The translations under genes were made by a program, and so were the position numbers. A DNA stretch of 64,000 bases from Chloroflexota bacterium (GTDB lineage Bacteria; Chloroflexota; UBA11872; VXOZ01). The DNA is taken from assembly GCA_963663275.1 (NCBI GenBank), contig OY760183.1, positions 512,001 through 576,000 of the forward strand. The letters are read 5' to 3'. A model generated the notes under the pieces. It did not search any database. It saw only the letters and a program-made list of their open reading frames with translations, and had not been told where the DNA came from. Positions 28,995 to 38,853 of the stretch are shown piece by piece. The number at the start of each line of letters is the position of its first letter. The stretch's first letter is position 1.

Positions 28995-30032
28995 ATGCGG
29001 CAGGTAGTTCAATCAGGCACGCCCCACGAGATGGGTCTCCAGCACGGCGCCGCGTTCGCGGACATCATCCCGGTGGCCGTAAAGCGCTTTGCGCTCGATC
29101 GCGGCTGGAATACGGCGCACGGGAGGCGCGTGCTGCGGCAGGTGGAACGCAATCTGGAGCGCGTCTTCCCGGAATCGCTGGAAGAACTCCACGCCATCGC
29201 CGCCGCCGCCAACGTGAATTTCGACGACCTCTTTGCCTACAACGCCTGCCAGGAAATCAGTCGCTCCCGCGTGGAGTGCACCAACGTGGCGCTGGCGGAA
29301 ACCTCACACGGCACGATCCACTTCAAGTCCAACGACGTGGACGCCGACATGAAGCAGTTCCACGTCCTGCAAGAGACGCATCCCGACAAGGGCCACTCTT
29401 TCATCGGCGTGAGTTACGCCGGTACTACTTGGCTGAACGCGGGCGTGAACGAGGCGGGCCTCACCTACGGCGGCAGCAGCATTCCCAACAACGACAGCGA
29501 TTGGGAGGGGATTCCGTCGAATACCCTCTTGCGCTACCTGCTGCAATTCGCCGACAGCGTAGACGCGGTGGCCGACCTGGTGGCGCGCACGCCCATCATG
29601 AACCACGGCCTGAACCTGATGTTCACCGATCCGTCCGGCGCGGCCATCGTGGTGGAACGCTCCCCCACGCGCATGGCGGTGCGACGCATGGAGAGCCACA
29701 CCATCTGGAATACGAACCACTTCCTGACCGCTGAGATGCAGCCGGTGTTGAAAGACGACGGCGGCGCGGCCGCGCAGAACAGCCGCGACCGCTTCACCGT
29801 GCTCGAGCGCCTGACCGCCAAGCAGCCCCACTCGCTGGAGCAACTGAAGCAAATCGCCCGCACCCACACGGAACCCGCCGACATCTGCCGCCACGGCCCG
29901 CTGGCCCACAGCATCATGGGCTACATCATGATCGCGCGGGAACGCAGCCTGCTCGTAAGCGCCGGCTACCCCTGCGAGAACGAGTTCGAGGCGTTTACGT
30001 TCACGCGCACACCGGCGGCAATAACGACCTGA
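28995..30032 (+). CDS. C45 family autoproteolytic acyltransferase/hydrolase
   Basis: AGGAGG RBS; GTPHEMGLQHG, ECTN (Cys nucleophile), GVNEAGL, NTNHF and NSRDR. Confidence 0.85.
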   Translation: MRQVVQSGTPHEMGLQHGAAFADIIPVAVKRFALDRGWNTAHGRRVLRQVERNLERVFPESLEELHAIAAAANVNFDDLFAYNACQEISRSRVECTNVALAETSHGTIHFKSNDVDADMKQFHVLQETHPDKGHSFIGVSYAGTTWLNAGVNEAGLTYGGSSIPNNDSDWEGIPSNTLLRYLLQFADSVDAVADLVARTPIMNHGLNLMFTDPSGAAIVVERSPTRMAVRRMESHTIWNTNHFLTAEMQPVLKDDGGAAAQNSRDRFTVLERLTAKQPHSLEQLKQIARTHTEPADICRHGPLAHSIMGYIMIARERSLLVSAGYPCENEFEAFTFTRTPAAITT

Positions 30033-30172
30033 GAAGCTGAATAGGCAACGAGCCACCGGCGCAAGCGCCCTGCGGCGGCCGTTGCCGTTACGACGGGAAT
30101 TGTAGGCATCGACTGCGCTGAGGCACCGGAAAGTATCGGAGCCGGTGGTGTCAACGTGCCGCCGGCTCGCGC

Positions 30173-30373
30173 TTATTGACCAATTGGCAATAGCTGCAAC
30201 AAGACTTGCAGGATGCTCGTGATGGCAATCACCGCAAAGAGACCGATGCTTATCGTCCACTTCAGGGTGCTAAGTTCACCCCGCAGTTCAGCGATGTCCG
30301 CTTTCGTGGCGAAGCTCTCGAGCCGTTCCTCGATGTGAGCCAGCCGCTCTTCTACTGAAGACGTAGCTACCAT
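30173..30373 (-). CDS. Small coiled-coil plus C-terminal TM protein (DUF1640/XhlA-like)
   Basis: AAGGT RBS; FATKADIAELRGEL..LKW followed by a hydrophobic helix. Confidence 0.7.
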   Translation of the reverse strand: MVATSSVEERLAHIEERLESFATKADIAELRGELSTLKWTISIGLFAVIAITSILQVLLQLLPIGQ

Positions 30374-30553
30374 GGCGCACCTTCTTTACTGCTGCCTATC
30401 GTACCATGTCAAGTAGGAGAAGTGTTATACTGCTCCCACTTATTGCAGCGACACACCGAAGACGTGTTGACAGTCGGGGAGTATTGCATGATTTCCCCAT
30501 TGCTTGGATTGCGGCAACCATCGCAATGACCCTTCCGATATGATAGTCACACT

Positions 30554-31756
30554 ATGACAATCACACTCGACGACTACCGCTACATCGGCGCGGAACTCGG
30601 CCGCTACATCGCGGCGCGCGTGCCCGGCCTCGACGCGGCGGTCTATTGCAAGCACCACCTGGGCACGCTCACGCCCGGCTTCAGCGATCACGACCTCCGT
30701 ACCGTGGCGGACGCCCCCGACGCCGAAACCTGGCTGGCGTTGAGCCGGGCCGGCGGTGAATCGTACGTGGAACTGCTGGAACAGGCTCCCCACTACGCCC
30801 GCATTCTGGAGCACCCGCCGGGCTTCATCTGCTCGCCGGACGAGGCGCAACAACTCTTGCCGCTCATGGGCGAGGTGCGCGATTGGCAGCGTATCGGCGG
30901 CGCGGCGAATGCGCTGGACGACGTGCTGGCAAATCAGCCGCCGCAGCTTACGCCGGCGCAGCAACATGAAGCCTGCGGCAAGTTCTCGATATATCTGAAG
31001 CCGCGTGGGGAGCAGTTCGACCCGCCCATCAACCTGCTGCCGGAGTATCTGCCGTATTACCCCGTCTACGGCGCGCTCTCCCACTGGTTCCTGCCGGCGG
31101 CCAAGCTGGCCTGCGGCCTGCTGCGCGACGCCTGGGTGCCCACCAAACCGGGGGCGCTGCCGTTCCTGCCGGCAGTGCTTGGTTCCCGGCCGTTGTTCGA
31201 CCGCCTGCACGCCATCGTGGACGCGGAATACCGCGTGCGCATGACCGACGCCGCGTGCGCCGCCCTGGCCGACGAACTGTTGGCGGTGGTCTACGAACTG
31301 CGCGACAAGGTGTCGGCGTATTGCGCACAACTTCCCCAGCCAACGCCCGCAACGGCGGCCCGCCAGCAGCGGCTGCGCTACGCGCTCCAGGCGCTGGCCG
31401 GCATTCGCGGACGTTTCGGCATTGCGGTCTTCTTCCGCCACGCTCGGCCCGACCTCTTCGACGGCGAATGGCTGCGCATGCACCTGGGCGAGGAAATCGA
31501 AGCCCTGAGCACCCAGTTCTTCCAGGCGCTTAGCGACGATGCGAGCGCCGGTGAGGGCACGGTCGCGCACCGGCTTGGCGGCGTTCTTGATCCTTCTGCC
31601 GCGCGCATCGTGGAAAACCTCTACGCCGCGATCACGCCCCACGACGACATGAACGACGCCCGGCTCGACGCGCTGATGGCCGTCTGGCCCGAGTACGCCG
31701 CGCTGGTGGAAGAGGAATACCGCGCCAAGATTGCCCCGCTGTGGGATGAAGATTGA
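30554..31756 (+). CDS. Hypothetical protein with a Pol-beta-type nucleotidyltransferase-like motif
   Basis: N-terminal GTLTPGFSDHDLR followed by a helical region; host-like codon usage. Confidence 0.6.
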   Translation: MTITLDDYRYIGAELGRYIAARVPGLDAAVYCKHHLGTLTPGFSDHDLRTVADAPDAETWLALSRAGGESYVELLEQAPHYARILEHPPGFICSPDEAQQLLPLMGEVRDWQRIGGAANALDDVLANQPPQLTPAQQHEACGKFSIYLKPRGEQFDPPINLLPEYLPYYPVYGALSHWFLPAAKLACGLLRDAWVPTKPGALPFLPAVLGSRPLFDRLHAIVDAEYRVRMTDAACAALADELLAVVYELRDKVSAYCAQLPQPTPATAARQQRLRYALQALAGIRGRFGIAVFFRHARPDLFDGEWLRMHLGEEIEALSTQFFQALSDDASAGEGTVAHRLGGVLDPSAARIVENLYAAITPHDDMNDARLDALMAVWPEYAALVEEEYRAKIAPLWDED

Positions 31757-31827
31757 ACCTCAACGGCGCCGCCTCCCGCGCAACGGATTCTTAGTCACTG
31801 GCGTGTGGGGTCTTCGGCTTTCGCTCC

Positions 31828-32440
31828 GTGCCGTTCACCCTTCGACGCTGCTCAGGGCGAACGGCGCGTAGTAGGTTTTTGCGCGCCCATGCTCACGCGC
31901 CCATGCCCTCGTGCCCATCCTCACGCGCCTCTTATCCGGTAGCGCAGGTTTGTAACCTGCGCGGCGCGCAAGCGCACGTGGTTTTCCTGCCAAGAAGCGA
32001 GGCACAAGACCTCGCCCTACGTTTGTTGACGTAGCGGTGTACAAGATCCCGTGCCCTACGTTCCGGCGGGGGACAAGCCCCCGCGCTACGAATGCCAAGC
32101 GCGCCGTTCGCCCTGAGCAGCGTCGAAGGGTGAACGGCGCGCGCCGCAAGCGGCCATTGCTTTCGCCATCCCCTCCTCTCCGTTCATGCTTCGACCCTTC
32201 GACAAGCTCAGGGCAGGCAGGCTCAGCACGAACGGAGAGGTTGCTTCTCACGCGCCTGTACCCACGTGCCGTCCTCACCCGCCTATGCCCTCGTGCCCAT
32301 CCTCACGCGCCTCTTTTCCGGTAGCGCAGGTTTGTAACCTGCGCAGGGCGCGAGCGCACGCGGTATTCCTGCCAAGAGGCGCGGCACAAGACCTCGCCCT
32401 ACCTTCGTTGACGTAGCGGGGCGCAAGATCCCCGCCCTAC
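31828..32440. repeat. Composite intergenic repeat cluster with a ~135-bp direct duplication
   Basis: 31900-32036 is similar to 32283-32419. CCCTTCGACGCTGCTCAGGGCGAACGG occurs as an inverted pair (31838 and 32104); GTAG REPs present. Confidence 0.8.
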
Positions 32441-32468
32441 GTTTTGGCTGACGCAGAAAAGACCGGCG

Positions 32469-34250
32469 CTAACCCTCCGGTTCCCAATCGAAATCCGCCC
32501 GCCGGTTGGAGGAGAGCGAGAAGAACGGCAGTTCCAGTTCAGGCCCATCGCGCCACCAGAGGAAGCCGTCCCACTTGTACGTGGTCCAGCCGTGCTCCAC
32601 CGGCCCCGGGATGAGGGTGGAGAGGTGGTTGTTGCGCAGCACCAGGCCGCAGAAGCGGTAGAGGCCCAGCGGCAGCATCTCCTCGATCCAGTCTGGGCCG
32701 ATCTTCACCCGTCCGGCGTTCGCGCCCGCCACCACCTCCAGGCAAGCGAGGGCATCGTCCCGCCAGGCGTCGTGAATCTCCAGGACGCCCAGCGGCGCGC
32801 CTCCGCATTCCACGTGCGAATCCGTATCGGCGTCGAGCATTACCCACTTCTTGTGAGCCACGCTCCAGATCTCCGCCACGAAGTGGCCGTTGGTGTGCAG
32901 GGTGGGCTCGGCGGACATCACCCAGAGGCGCGCCGCCCAGCCCAGCGCCAACGCGCACTGCGCCAGCACGACCGCGTAGTGGGTGCAGTAGGCGTCCGGT
33001 TGCGGCTGGCCGTGGCCCCGGTCGGCGCGCATCCAGGCCAGAATCGTCAGCGCGTCCCACGGGCAACAGCGGCGAAACTCGTGCGGCGCGCGGTGCGTCC
33101 ACTGCACCGCCACCCAAGCCCGCAGCGCCAGCATTTGCGCCCACTGCGTCTCGGCTCCCGCAATGACCGCATCCAGCCGCTCCTGCTCGCGCAGGATTGC
33201 CAGCTTTGGCTCCGCCGGGTCCTGGCGGGTGAAGGAATATGAAGGCGCAATTCCGCGCTCCGTTCCAGACAGCGCATGCGCATGTATCTTCTCCGCGCCG
33301 CCGGCGGCAGAGGCGCTCAGCCCAACGCCGCGAAGTGTCGGGGTTGCGCCCCCATCGTCAGTACGCAGCACGGCTTGCCACTGTACGTATGGTCCCAAAT
33401 CAGAAAGCGCCCCCGCGTGGGCAATCCCGTCATGCCCGCTCTCGCGGGTGTCCACCGCGCCGTTTGGCGCTACACTCGCTGCCGTCACGTCGATCCAGGG
33501 CGTGTCCTCCAGCGCCGGCCCTTCACCACTGCGGTAGCGCAGCGCAACAGCGGTCCCCGGCGGCGTCGCGGCGCGCCAGTGAAGATGCAGCGTATTATTC
33601 ACCGTAGAGGACGTCTTTGCGTTCTGTCCTGCCGGCGCCAGGCTGACCACCGGACTCGTCAGCACGCCCCGCGCCGGGTGTTCCCGCGCGCGCAGGCGCG
33701 CCACGTACTCGCCGGACAACGCGCCCTCCAGCCCGAATCCGCTAGCGTGCCAGGTCCGTCCGCCGTCCGTGCTCTTGCGGCTGTGTACTGTAGGCACGCT
33801 GGTATCCACCGCGAGTATCCAGGCGTGCGCGGCGGGGCTCTCACAAGCGAAAACGATAGTGTTCGGCCCTGGCAGCAGCGCCTCCCGGGGTATGCGCACG
33901 TGGTACCAGGCGAATTCGCCGGCCAGCGTCGTGCCCGGCCCCATGCGTTCCGTGTGGCCGTTCACCGTCACCGCCAACGGCCAGCGGTTGTCCGGCTCCT
34001 CACGAGCGTAGAAATAGCAATCGGCCCACTGGGGCGGAGTCCGGCCCAAATCAAAACGCACCTGGGCTTGGACGCGCTGGAAGAGTTCTTCGCCGTGCTG
34101 CGTGGAGAACGCGCCCGGCTCATGCGCAATCAAGTGGCTCTCCGCCAGGCGCGCCGCGCCGTCATCGCCGATGGCAATGCCGCCGTCCCTGGCGCAGGTC
34201 TCCCAATCTGCCGGGTCGGACCATACCAACGAGTTTGGGTGTGTTGACAT
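32469..34250 (-). CDS. Transglutaminase-like domain protein with beta-rich N-terminal modules
   Basis: Cys-His-Asp pattern YCTHYA..GHFVAEIW..KWVMLDAD; Asp-box SRKSTDGGRTW. Confidence 0.75.
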   Translation of the reverse strand: MSTHPNSLVWSDPADWETCARDGGIAIGDDGAARLAESHLIAHEPGAFSTQHGEELFQRVQAQVRFDLGRTPPQWADCYFYAREEPDNRWPLAVTVNGHTERMGPGTTLAGEFAWYHVRIPREALLPGPNTIVFACESPAAHAWILAVDTSVPTVHSRKSTDGGRTWHASGFGLEGALSGEYVARLRAREHPARGVLTSPVVSLAPAGQNAKTSSTVNNTLHLHWRAATPPGTAVALRYRSGEGPALEDTPWIDVTAASVAPNGAVDTRESGHDGIAHAGALSDLGPYVQWQAVLRTDDGGATPTLRGVGLSASAAGGAEKIHAHALSGTERGIAPSYSFTRQDPAEPKLAILREQERLDAVIAGAETQWAQMLALRAWVAVQWTHRAPHEFRRCCPWDALTILAWMRADRGHGQPQPDAYCTHYAVVLAQCALALGWAARLWVMSAEPTLHTNGHFVAEIWSVAHKKWVMLDADTDSHVECGGAPLGVLEIHDAWRDDALACLEVVAGANAGRVKIGPDWIEEMLPLGLYRFCGLVLRNNHLSTLIPGPVEHGWTTYKWDGFLWWRDGPELELPFFSLSSNRRADFDWEPEG

Positions 34251-34486
34251 ATCGTGTCCTCGTCCCAGGCGGGGGACAAGCCCCCGCGCTACGTTTGGAG
34301 GGGATAGGCCCTCACGCTACGTATTGAAGAAGAGATTACACTTTATCAAGAGACAGTCCGCAGTCCCTCATGCCCATACGGGCAAGACGCTGCCCCGTTT
34401 GTCATTGTATACGGACAGCCCGCTTGTACGCCCACTGCCGAACGAGTACAGTACAGGCAAGAGCGCGTAAGCGAGGAGAGGGTCTA

Positions 34487-35809
34487 GTGGCGCTTGCCGG
34501 AGTCGCGGAAATCGAACACGCCATTGCGGCGCAGCCCGTCATCGACACCCACGAGCACACGTTTAGCGAAGAAGACCGGCGGCGGCGCTCGCTCGATCTG
34601 CTTTCCACCGAAATGCACCACTACGTCGGCAGCGACCTGGTTTCCGCCGGCATGACCCCGGCCGAGCAGGCGGACATGTACGACCAGAGCCGCGACCCCG
34701 CCGACCGCTGGGATATCTTCCTGCGCTACTGGCAGTTTGCCAAGACGACGGGCTACGGCAAGGCGCTGCACGTGGCCTGCCGGGACCTCTTCGGCGTGGA
34801 CGACCTCATGTCGGCGGCGCCGTCGCTGGACGGGTACCGGCGGGTCAACGAGCAGTTGACCGCCTCGCAACGGCACGAGGCGTGGTACCGCTACATCCTG
34901 CAAGAGCGCGGCAACATCGTGCTGGCGATTCCCGACGTGCAGTCCACGCAGGTGGACAAGACGCTCTTCGCCCCGGCCATGCGCTTCGATTCTTTCATAA
35001 GCGCGGGCAACCGCGCCGACGTAACGAGACTGGAACGCCAGACCGGCCAAAGCATCTACGATTTGGGCGATCTCGTCTCAGCTCTGGGCGTCGCCTTTGC
35101 CCAAGCCAAGCAAGAGGGCATGGTAACCGTCAAGAGCGGGCTGGCCTACAGCCGCATCTTGCGCTACGACAACGTGGCGCGGGCCGACGCGGAGCGGCTC
35201 TTTGCCCAGGCGGTCGCGGGCACGCGGGCGCACGGCGGCGCCCTGGCGCAGTACGGCCTGAACTTCACCGAGGGCAAGCCGCTGCAGGACTACATGATGC
35301 ACCAGGTGGTGCGCCTCTGCATTGAGCACGGCGTCCCCATGCAGATCCACACCGGCCTCCACGCCGGCAACGGCAACGTCATCACCAACAGCAACCCCAC
35401 GCACCTGGTCAACCTCTTCATCCAGTACCCGCGGGCGCGCTTCGACATCTTCCACGCCGGGTATCCCTACCAGAGCGAACTCGCCACGCTGGCCAAGAAC
35501 TTCCAGAACGTCTACGTCGATCTCTGCTGGGTGCACATCATCAGCCCCTACGTAGCGCGCGCGACCCTGCACGAGTGGCTGGAAACCATACCCCACAACA
35601 AGATCTTCGGCTTTGGCGGCGACTACGGGCCGGTGGAACTGGCGTACGCCCACTGCGTGATGGCGCGGGAAAATATCGCCCGGGTGCTGAGCGAGAAGGT
35701 GGAGGAAGGGCTCTATTCCGTAGACCAAGCCAGAATCGTCGGCGCCCGGCTGCTCCACGATAACGCCAATGAGTTCTTTGGTCTTGGGCAAGAGAATCTT
35801 ATCCGGTGA
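34487..35809 (+). CDS. Amidohydrolase family protein (uronate-isomerase-like TIM barrel)
   Basis: GTG after GAGGAG; IDTHEH, VKSGLAY, QIHTG, FHAGYPY and FGGDY. Confidence 0.88.
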   Translation: MALAGVAEIEHAIAAQPVIDTHEHTFSEEDRRRRSLDLLSTEMHHYVGSDLVSAGMTPAEQADMYDQSRDPADRWDIFLRYWQFAKTTGYGKALHVACRDLFGVDDLMSAAPSLDGYRRVNEQLTASQRHEAWYRYILQERGNIVLAIPDVQSTQVDKTLFAPAMRFDSFISAGNRADVTRLERQTGQSIYDLGDLVSALGVAFAQAKQEGMVTVKSGLAYSRILRYDNVARADAERLFAQAVAGTRAHGGALAQYGLNFTEGKPLQDYMMHQVVRLCIEHGVPMQIHTGLHAGNGNVITNSNPTHLVNLFIQYPRARFDIFHAGYPYQSELATLAKNFQNVYVDLCWVHIISPYVARATLHEWLETIPHNKIFGFGGDYGPVELAYAHCVMARENIARVLSEKVEEGLYSVDQARIVGARLLHDNANEFFGLGQENLIR

Positions 35810-35872
35810 ACGGGTACGTACCCGGCGGGGGACAAGCCCCCGCGCTACGATCAGGTTCCCTCTCCCTGGGAG

Positions 35873-37138
35873 TGTACAGTCCGGGGACATGGGTAACAGT
35901 TATTCAGGGAGATAGGTTACACATTTTGTTCACTGAGGTCTACCGTTCTTATCGGATTGACAGCGAAGTATACGTTCCAGACGCCGTCGGTTTGCGTGGG
36001 TCGCAGGGCGACGCGGGTGTGGGCGAAAGCTCGCCCCACGCGGAGGGTCTTGCCCTGGAACGAGATGCGGCCGCTGACGTCGACGGCGCGCACCTGGTCG
36101 TCGGGAGCGTAGGTGATGGGGGGCAGCGTTTCGGGAAAGGGCTGTGGACTGGGCGTGTACCGGCTGACGGGCGTGTTGAGCGTGAGGGCGTGGTGCGGGC
36201 GTTCCCGGTTGTAGAAGTGCCGCCAAGCGTCGAAGGCGCGCTGGCAGTGCTCCAGGTTGGTGAAGGTGCGACCGGCCAGGACTTCGCTTTTCAGGGAGCG
36301 GTGGAAGCGTTCCAGCTTGCCGAGGGTCTGGGGATGGTAGGGACGGCTGTGAAGCACCTTGATGCCCAGGCGCATGAGCCAGACGGTGAGCGGCGTGAAG
36401 GGATGGGCGCTGTCGTTGCCCCAGGGGGCGCCGTTGTCCATGAGCATGGCCGCAGGCAGGCCGTAGCGCCGAAAGACGCGGGTGAGGCGCTCCTGGACGG
36501 TCTGACCCCGCTCGTCGGCGCAGGCCTCCACAGCCAGGTTGTAGCGGGAATGGTCGTCGAGCACGGTGAGCGGATGGCAGCGGTCGCGAGACATGGCGAA
36601 ATGCCCCTTGAAGTCCATCTGCCAGAGTTCGTTGGGCAGCGGGCGCTCAAAGCGAATGAAGGGCATGCGCTTGGCGCTCTCGGCCGGGTCGATCAACCCG
36701 TGGCGCTTGAGAATGGCGTTGATGGTGCTCCTGGCGGGCACGTCGGCGTAGCCGCGGTTCCGCAGCATCCGGCCCAGCGCGTCCGCGCCCTTCCCCGGAT
36801 GTGCCAGGCGCAAGGCGATGATGTGCCGCTCCATCTCTGGACGCGTGCGCTGTGGGCTGGTGTGCGGACGCCGCGACCGGTCCCCCAGGTTCTCCATCCC
36901 GCCCTGCCTGTAGCGCGTGCGCCACTTGTAGCCGGTCTTGCGGCTGATGCCCATACGCTTGCACAGTGCGCTCATGCTCACCTCACCCGTCAGCATCACG
37001 GCTATAAACTCTTCCCGCTCAGACATAGGTGTACTCACTTTCCACGACATGGTCGTCCTCCTCTAGTGACGAATTCCCATGCCTTATGGTGTAACCTATG
37101 TCCCTGAAAATGTGTTACCTATGTCCCCGGGCTCTACA
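35873..37138 (-). mobile_element. IS481-family insertion sequence, 1266 bp
   Basis: 26-bp imperfect TIRs TGTACAGTCCGGGGACATGGGTAACA and (revcomp) TGTAGAGCCCGGGGACATAGGTAACA; subterminal repeats; 5-bp duplication GGGAG. Confidence 0.95.
35917..37050 (-). CDS. IS481 family DDE transposase
   Basis: HTH GISRKTGYKW, SRRPHTSP, PNELWQMDFKG, LDDHSRY, MDNG and HPQTLGKLERFHRSLK; intact ORF. Confidence 0.96.
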   Translation of the reverse strand: MSWKVSTPMSEREEFIAVMLTGEVSMSALCKRMGISRKTGYKWRTRYRQGGMENLGDRSRRPHTSPQRTRPEMERHIIALRLAHPGKGADALGRMLRNRGYADVPARSTINAILKRHGLIDPAESAKRMPFIRFERPLPNELWQMDFKGHFAMSRDRCHPLTVLDDHSRYNLAVEACADERGQTVQERLTRVFRRYGLPAAMLMDNGAPWGNDSAHPFTPLTVWLMRLGIKVLHSRPYHPQTLGKLERFHRSLKSEVLAGRTFTNLEHCQRAFDAWRHFYNRERPHHALTLNTPVSRYTPSPQPFPETLPPITYAPDDQVRAVDVSGRISFQGKTLRVGRAFAHTRVALRPTQTDGVWNVYFAVNPIRTVDLSEQNV

Positions 37139-37173
37139 GGGAGAGGGTTAGGGTGAGGGGAAAACGCCACGCT

Positions 37174-38721
37174 GTGAACGCACAAACCACCGACGGCAAT
37201 AGCGGCGATTCCGGCCGGAAGCGGCCGAACGTGCTCTTCATCATGGCCGACCAGATGCGCTGGGACGTGCTGAGTTGCGCCGGCCACCCGATTTGCCGGA
37301 CGCCGGTGCTGGACGGCATGGCCGCGCGCGGCGTGCGTTTCGCCAACTTCTACACCGCGGCCCCCACGTGCACCCCCGCCCGCTACTCGATTTTCAGCGG
37401 GCGGCACGTCCACGTCCACAACGGTTGGAGCAACGGCTGGCCCACCCAGGACGGCGAGATCTTTCTCCCCTCCATCATGCGGCACTACGGCTACGCCACG
37501 GCCATCGCCGGTAAACTGCACTTCGCGCCCAAGGAAGAAGCGTTCGGCTTCGACGACTTTCGTTCGTACCGCGCCGAGGGTCCGACGCCGGAACGCGGCT
37601 ACGACGCCTATATGACGCGCAAGTACGGCGCGTACACCCGCAATAGAATCGAAGAAGGCACCGGGGGGTTAGGCGTAGGGCGTTTCGCCGACCCGCCGGA
37701 GGATTACGATACGGACTGGATTACGACCCAGACCCTGGAAGCCCTCGACGGCCTCGAGCGGAGCGGCAAGCCGTGGTTCCTCTTTGCCAGTTACCACGAC
37801 CCCCATTCGCCGTTCGTCGAACCGGAACCGTACTTCTCGATGTACGCGCGGGAGTCCATCCCCCTGCGTCCGATTCCGCCGGAAGCGCGCCGGTTGCGCC
37901 GGGACGCGCGCGGCACCCAGGAACGGGCGCACGTGATCGACGATCCGGCAGTGGTGCAAGCAATAACCGCCGTCTATTACGGGTCTACGACGCACGTTGA
38001 CCACGACGTCGGTATCCTCCTGGCGGCGCTGGAGGAACGCGGCCTGGCGGACAATACCATCGTCCTCTTCCTCTCCGACCACGGCGACATGCTGGGCGAC
38101 CGCGGCCGCATGAACAAGCAGGTGATGTACGAAGGCGCGGCCCACGTGCCGCTGGTCATGCGGATACCGGATTCAATCCACCCGGGGCAGACTCCGGGCC
38201 GCGTGGTTGACGAGATCGCCGGCCAGGTGGACATTCTGCCGACCGTGCTCGAGCTCTGCGGCCTGACCGTCCCGCAAGGCGTACAGGGCCGGAGCCTGGC
38301 GCCGCTGTGCGCCGGCGCCGCCGCCGGTTGGCCCAATGAGGCGTTCGCGGCGGTGCGCGCCGCGCCGTTCGTGCGCCAGGAAGCGTACATGGTCGGCAAG
38401 AAGCGTATGCTGCGCACGCCTGAGTTCAAACTGATCGACTACGGCGCGGACTTCCGCACGCAGTGGGAACTCTTCAACATGACCGACGACCCCGGTGAGA
38501 CGCGCAACCTGGCCGGCGATCCCGCGCACGGCGCCGTGCTGCGCGCGCTGGCGGCGCGGCTGGATGAATGGCAGGCCGAAACGCCGTCGCACGTAACCGT
38601 GCCCGGTATGCCCACGCCAAGCTACGCGCACGTTCCCCCGGAGCGCCGCCAGGCAATGCGCGCGGCCTGGGAGGCGAACATGCGCCGCTCGGCGGCGCGG
38701 CGCTGGCCGCAGAGTTCGTGA
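37174..38721 (+). CDS. Cys-type sulfatase, paralog 1
   Basis: PNVLFIMADQ, CTPAR (CxPxR), GKLH, DPHSP and SDHGDMLG. Confidence 0.9.
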   Translation: MNAQTTDGNSGDSGRKRPNVLFIMADQMRWDVLSCAGHPICRTPVLDGMAARGVRFANFYTAAPTCTPARYSIFSGRHVHVHNGWSNGWPTQDGEIFLPSIMRHYGYATAIAGKLHFAPKEEAFGFDDFRSYRAEGPTPERGYDAYMTRKYGAYTRNRIEEGTGGLGVGRFADPPEDYDTDWITTQTLEALDGLERSGKPWFLFASYHDPHSPFVEPEPYFSMYARESIPLRPIPPEARRLRRDARGTQERAHVIDDPAVVQAITAVYYGSTTHVDHDVGILLAALEERGLADNTIVLFLSDHGDMLGDRGRMNKQVMYEGAAHVPLVMRIPDSIHPGQTPGRVVDEIAGQVDILPTVLELCGLTVPQGVQGRSLAPLCAGAAAGWPNEAFAAVRAAPFVRQEAYMVGKKRMLRTPEFKLIDYGADFRTQWELFNMTDDPGETRNLAGDPAHGAVLRALAARLDEWQAETPSHVTVPGMPTPSYAHVPPERRQAMRAAWEANMRRSAARRWPQSS

Positions 38722-38766
38722 AAGACGCAGACCTCGTCCCAGACGCAGGCTTCGTCTAAGACGCAG
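38712..38766 (+). repeat. 18-bp tandem units with a CGTC-NNA-GACG core
   Basis: GAGTTCGTGAAAGACGCA, GACCTCGTCCCAGACGCA, GGCTTCGTCTAAGACGCA. Confidence 0.75.
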
Positions 38767-38853
38767 TAGTTAGGGCTATATCCAATATCCGGCCCGTGGT
38801 TGTGAGCGGGCCTCACCTCGAACCAAGTATGCAATCCGCTGAGGAGTCTCAAC

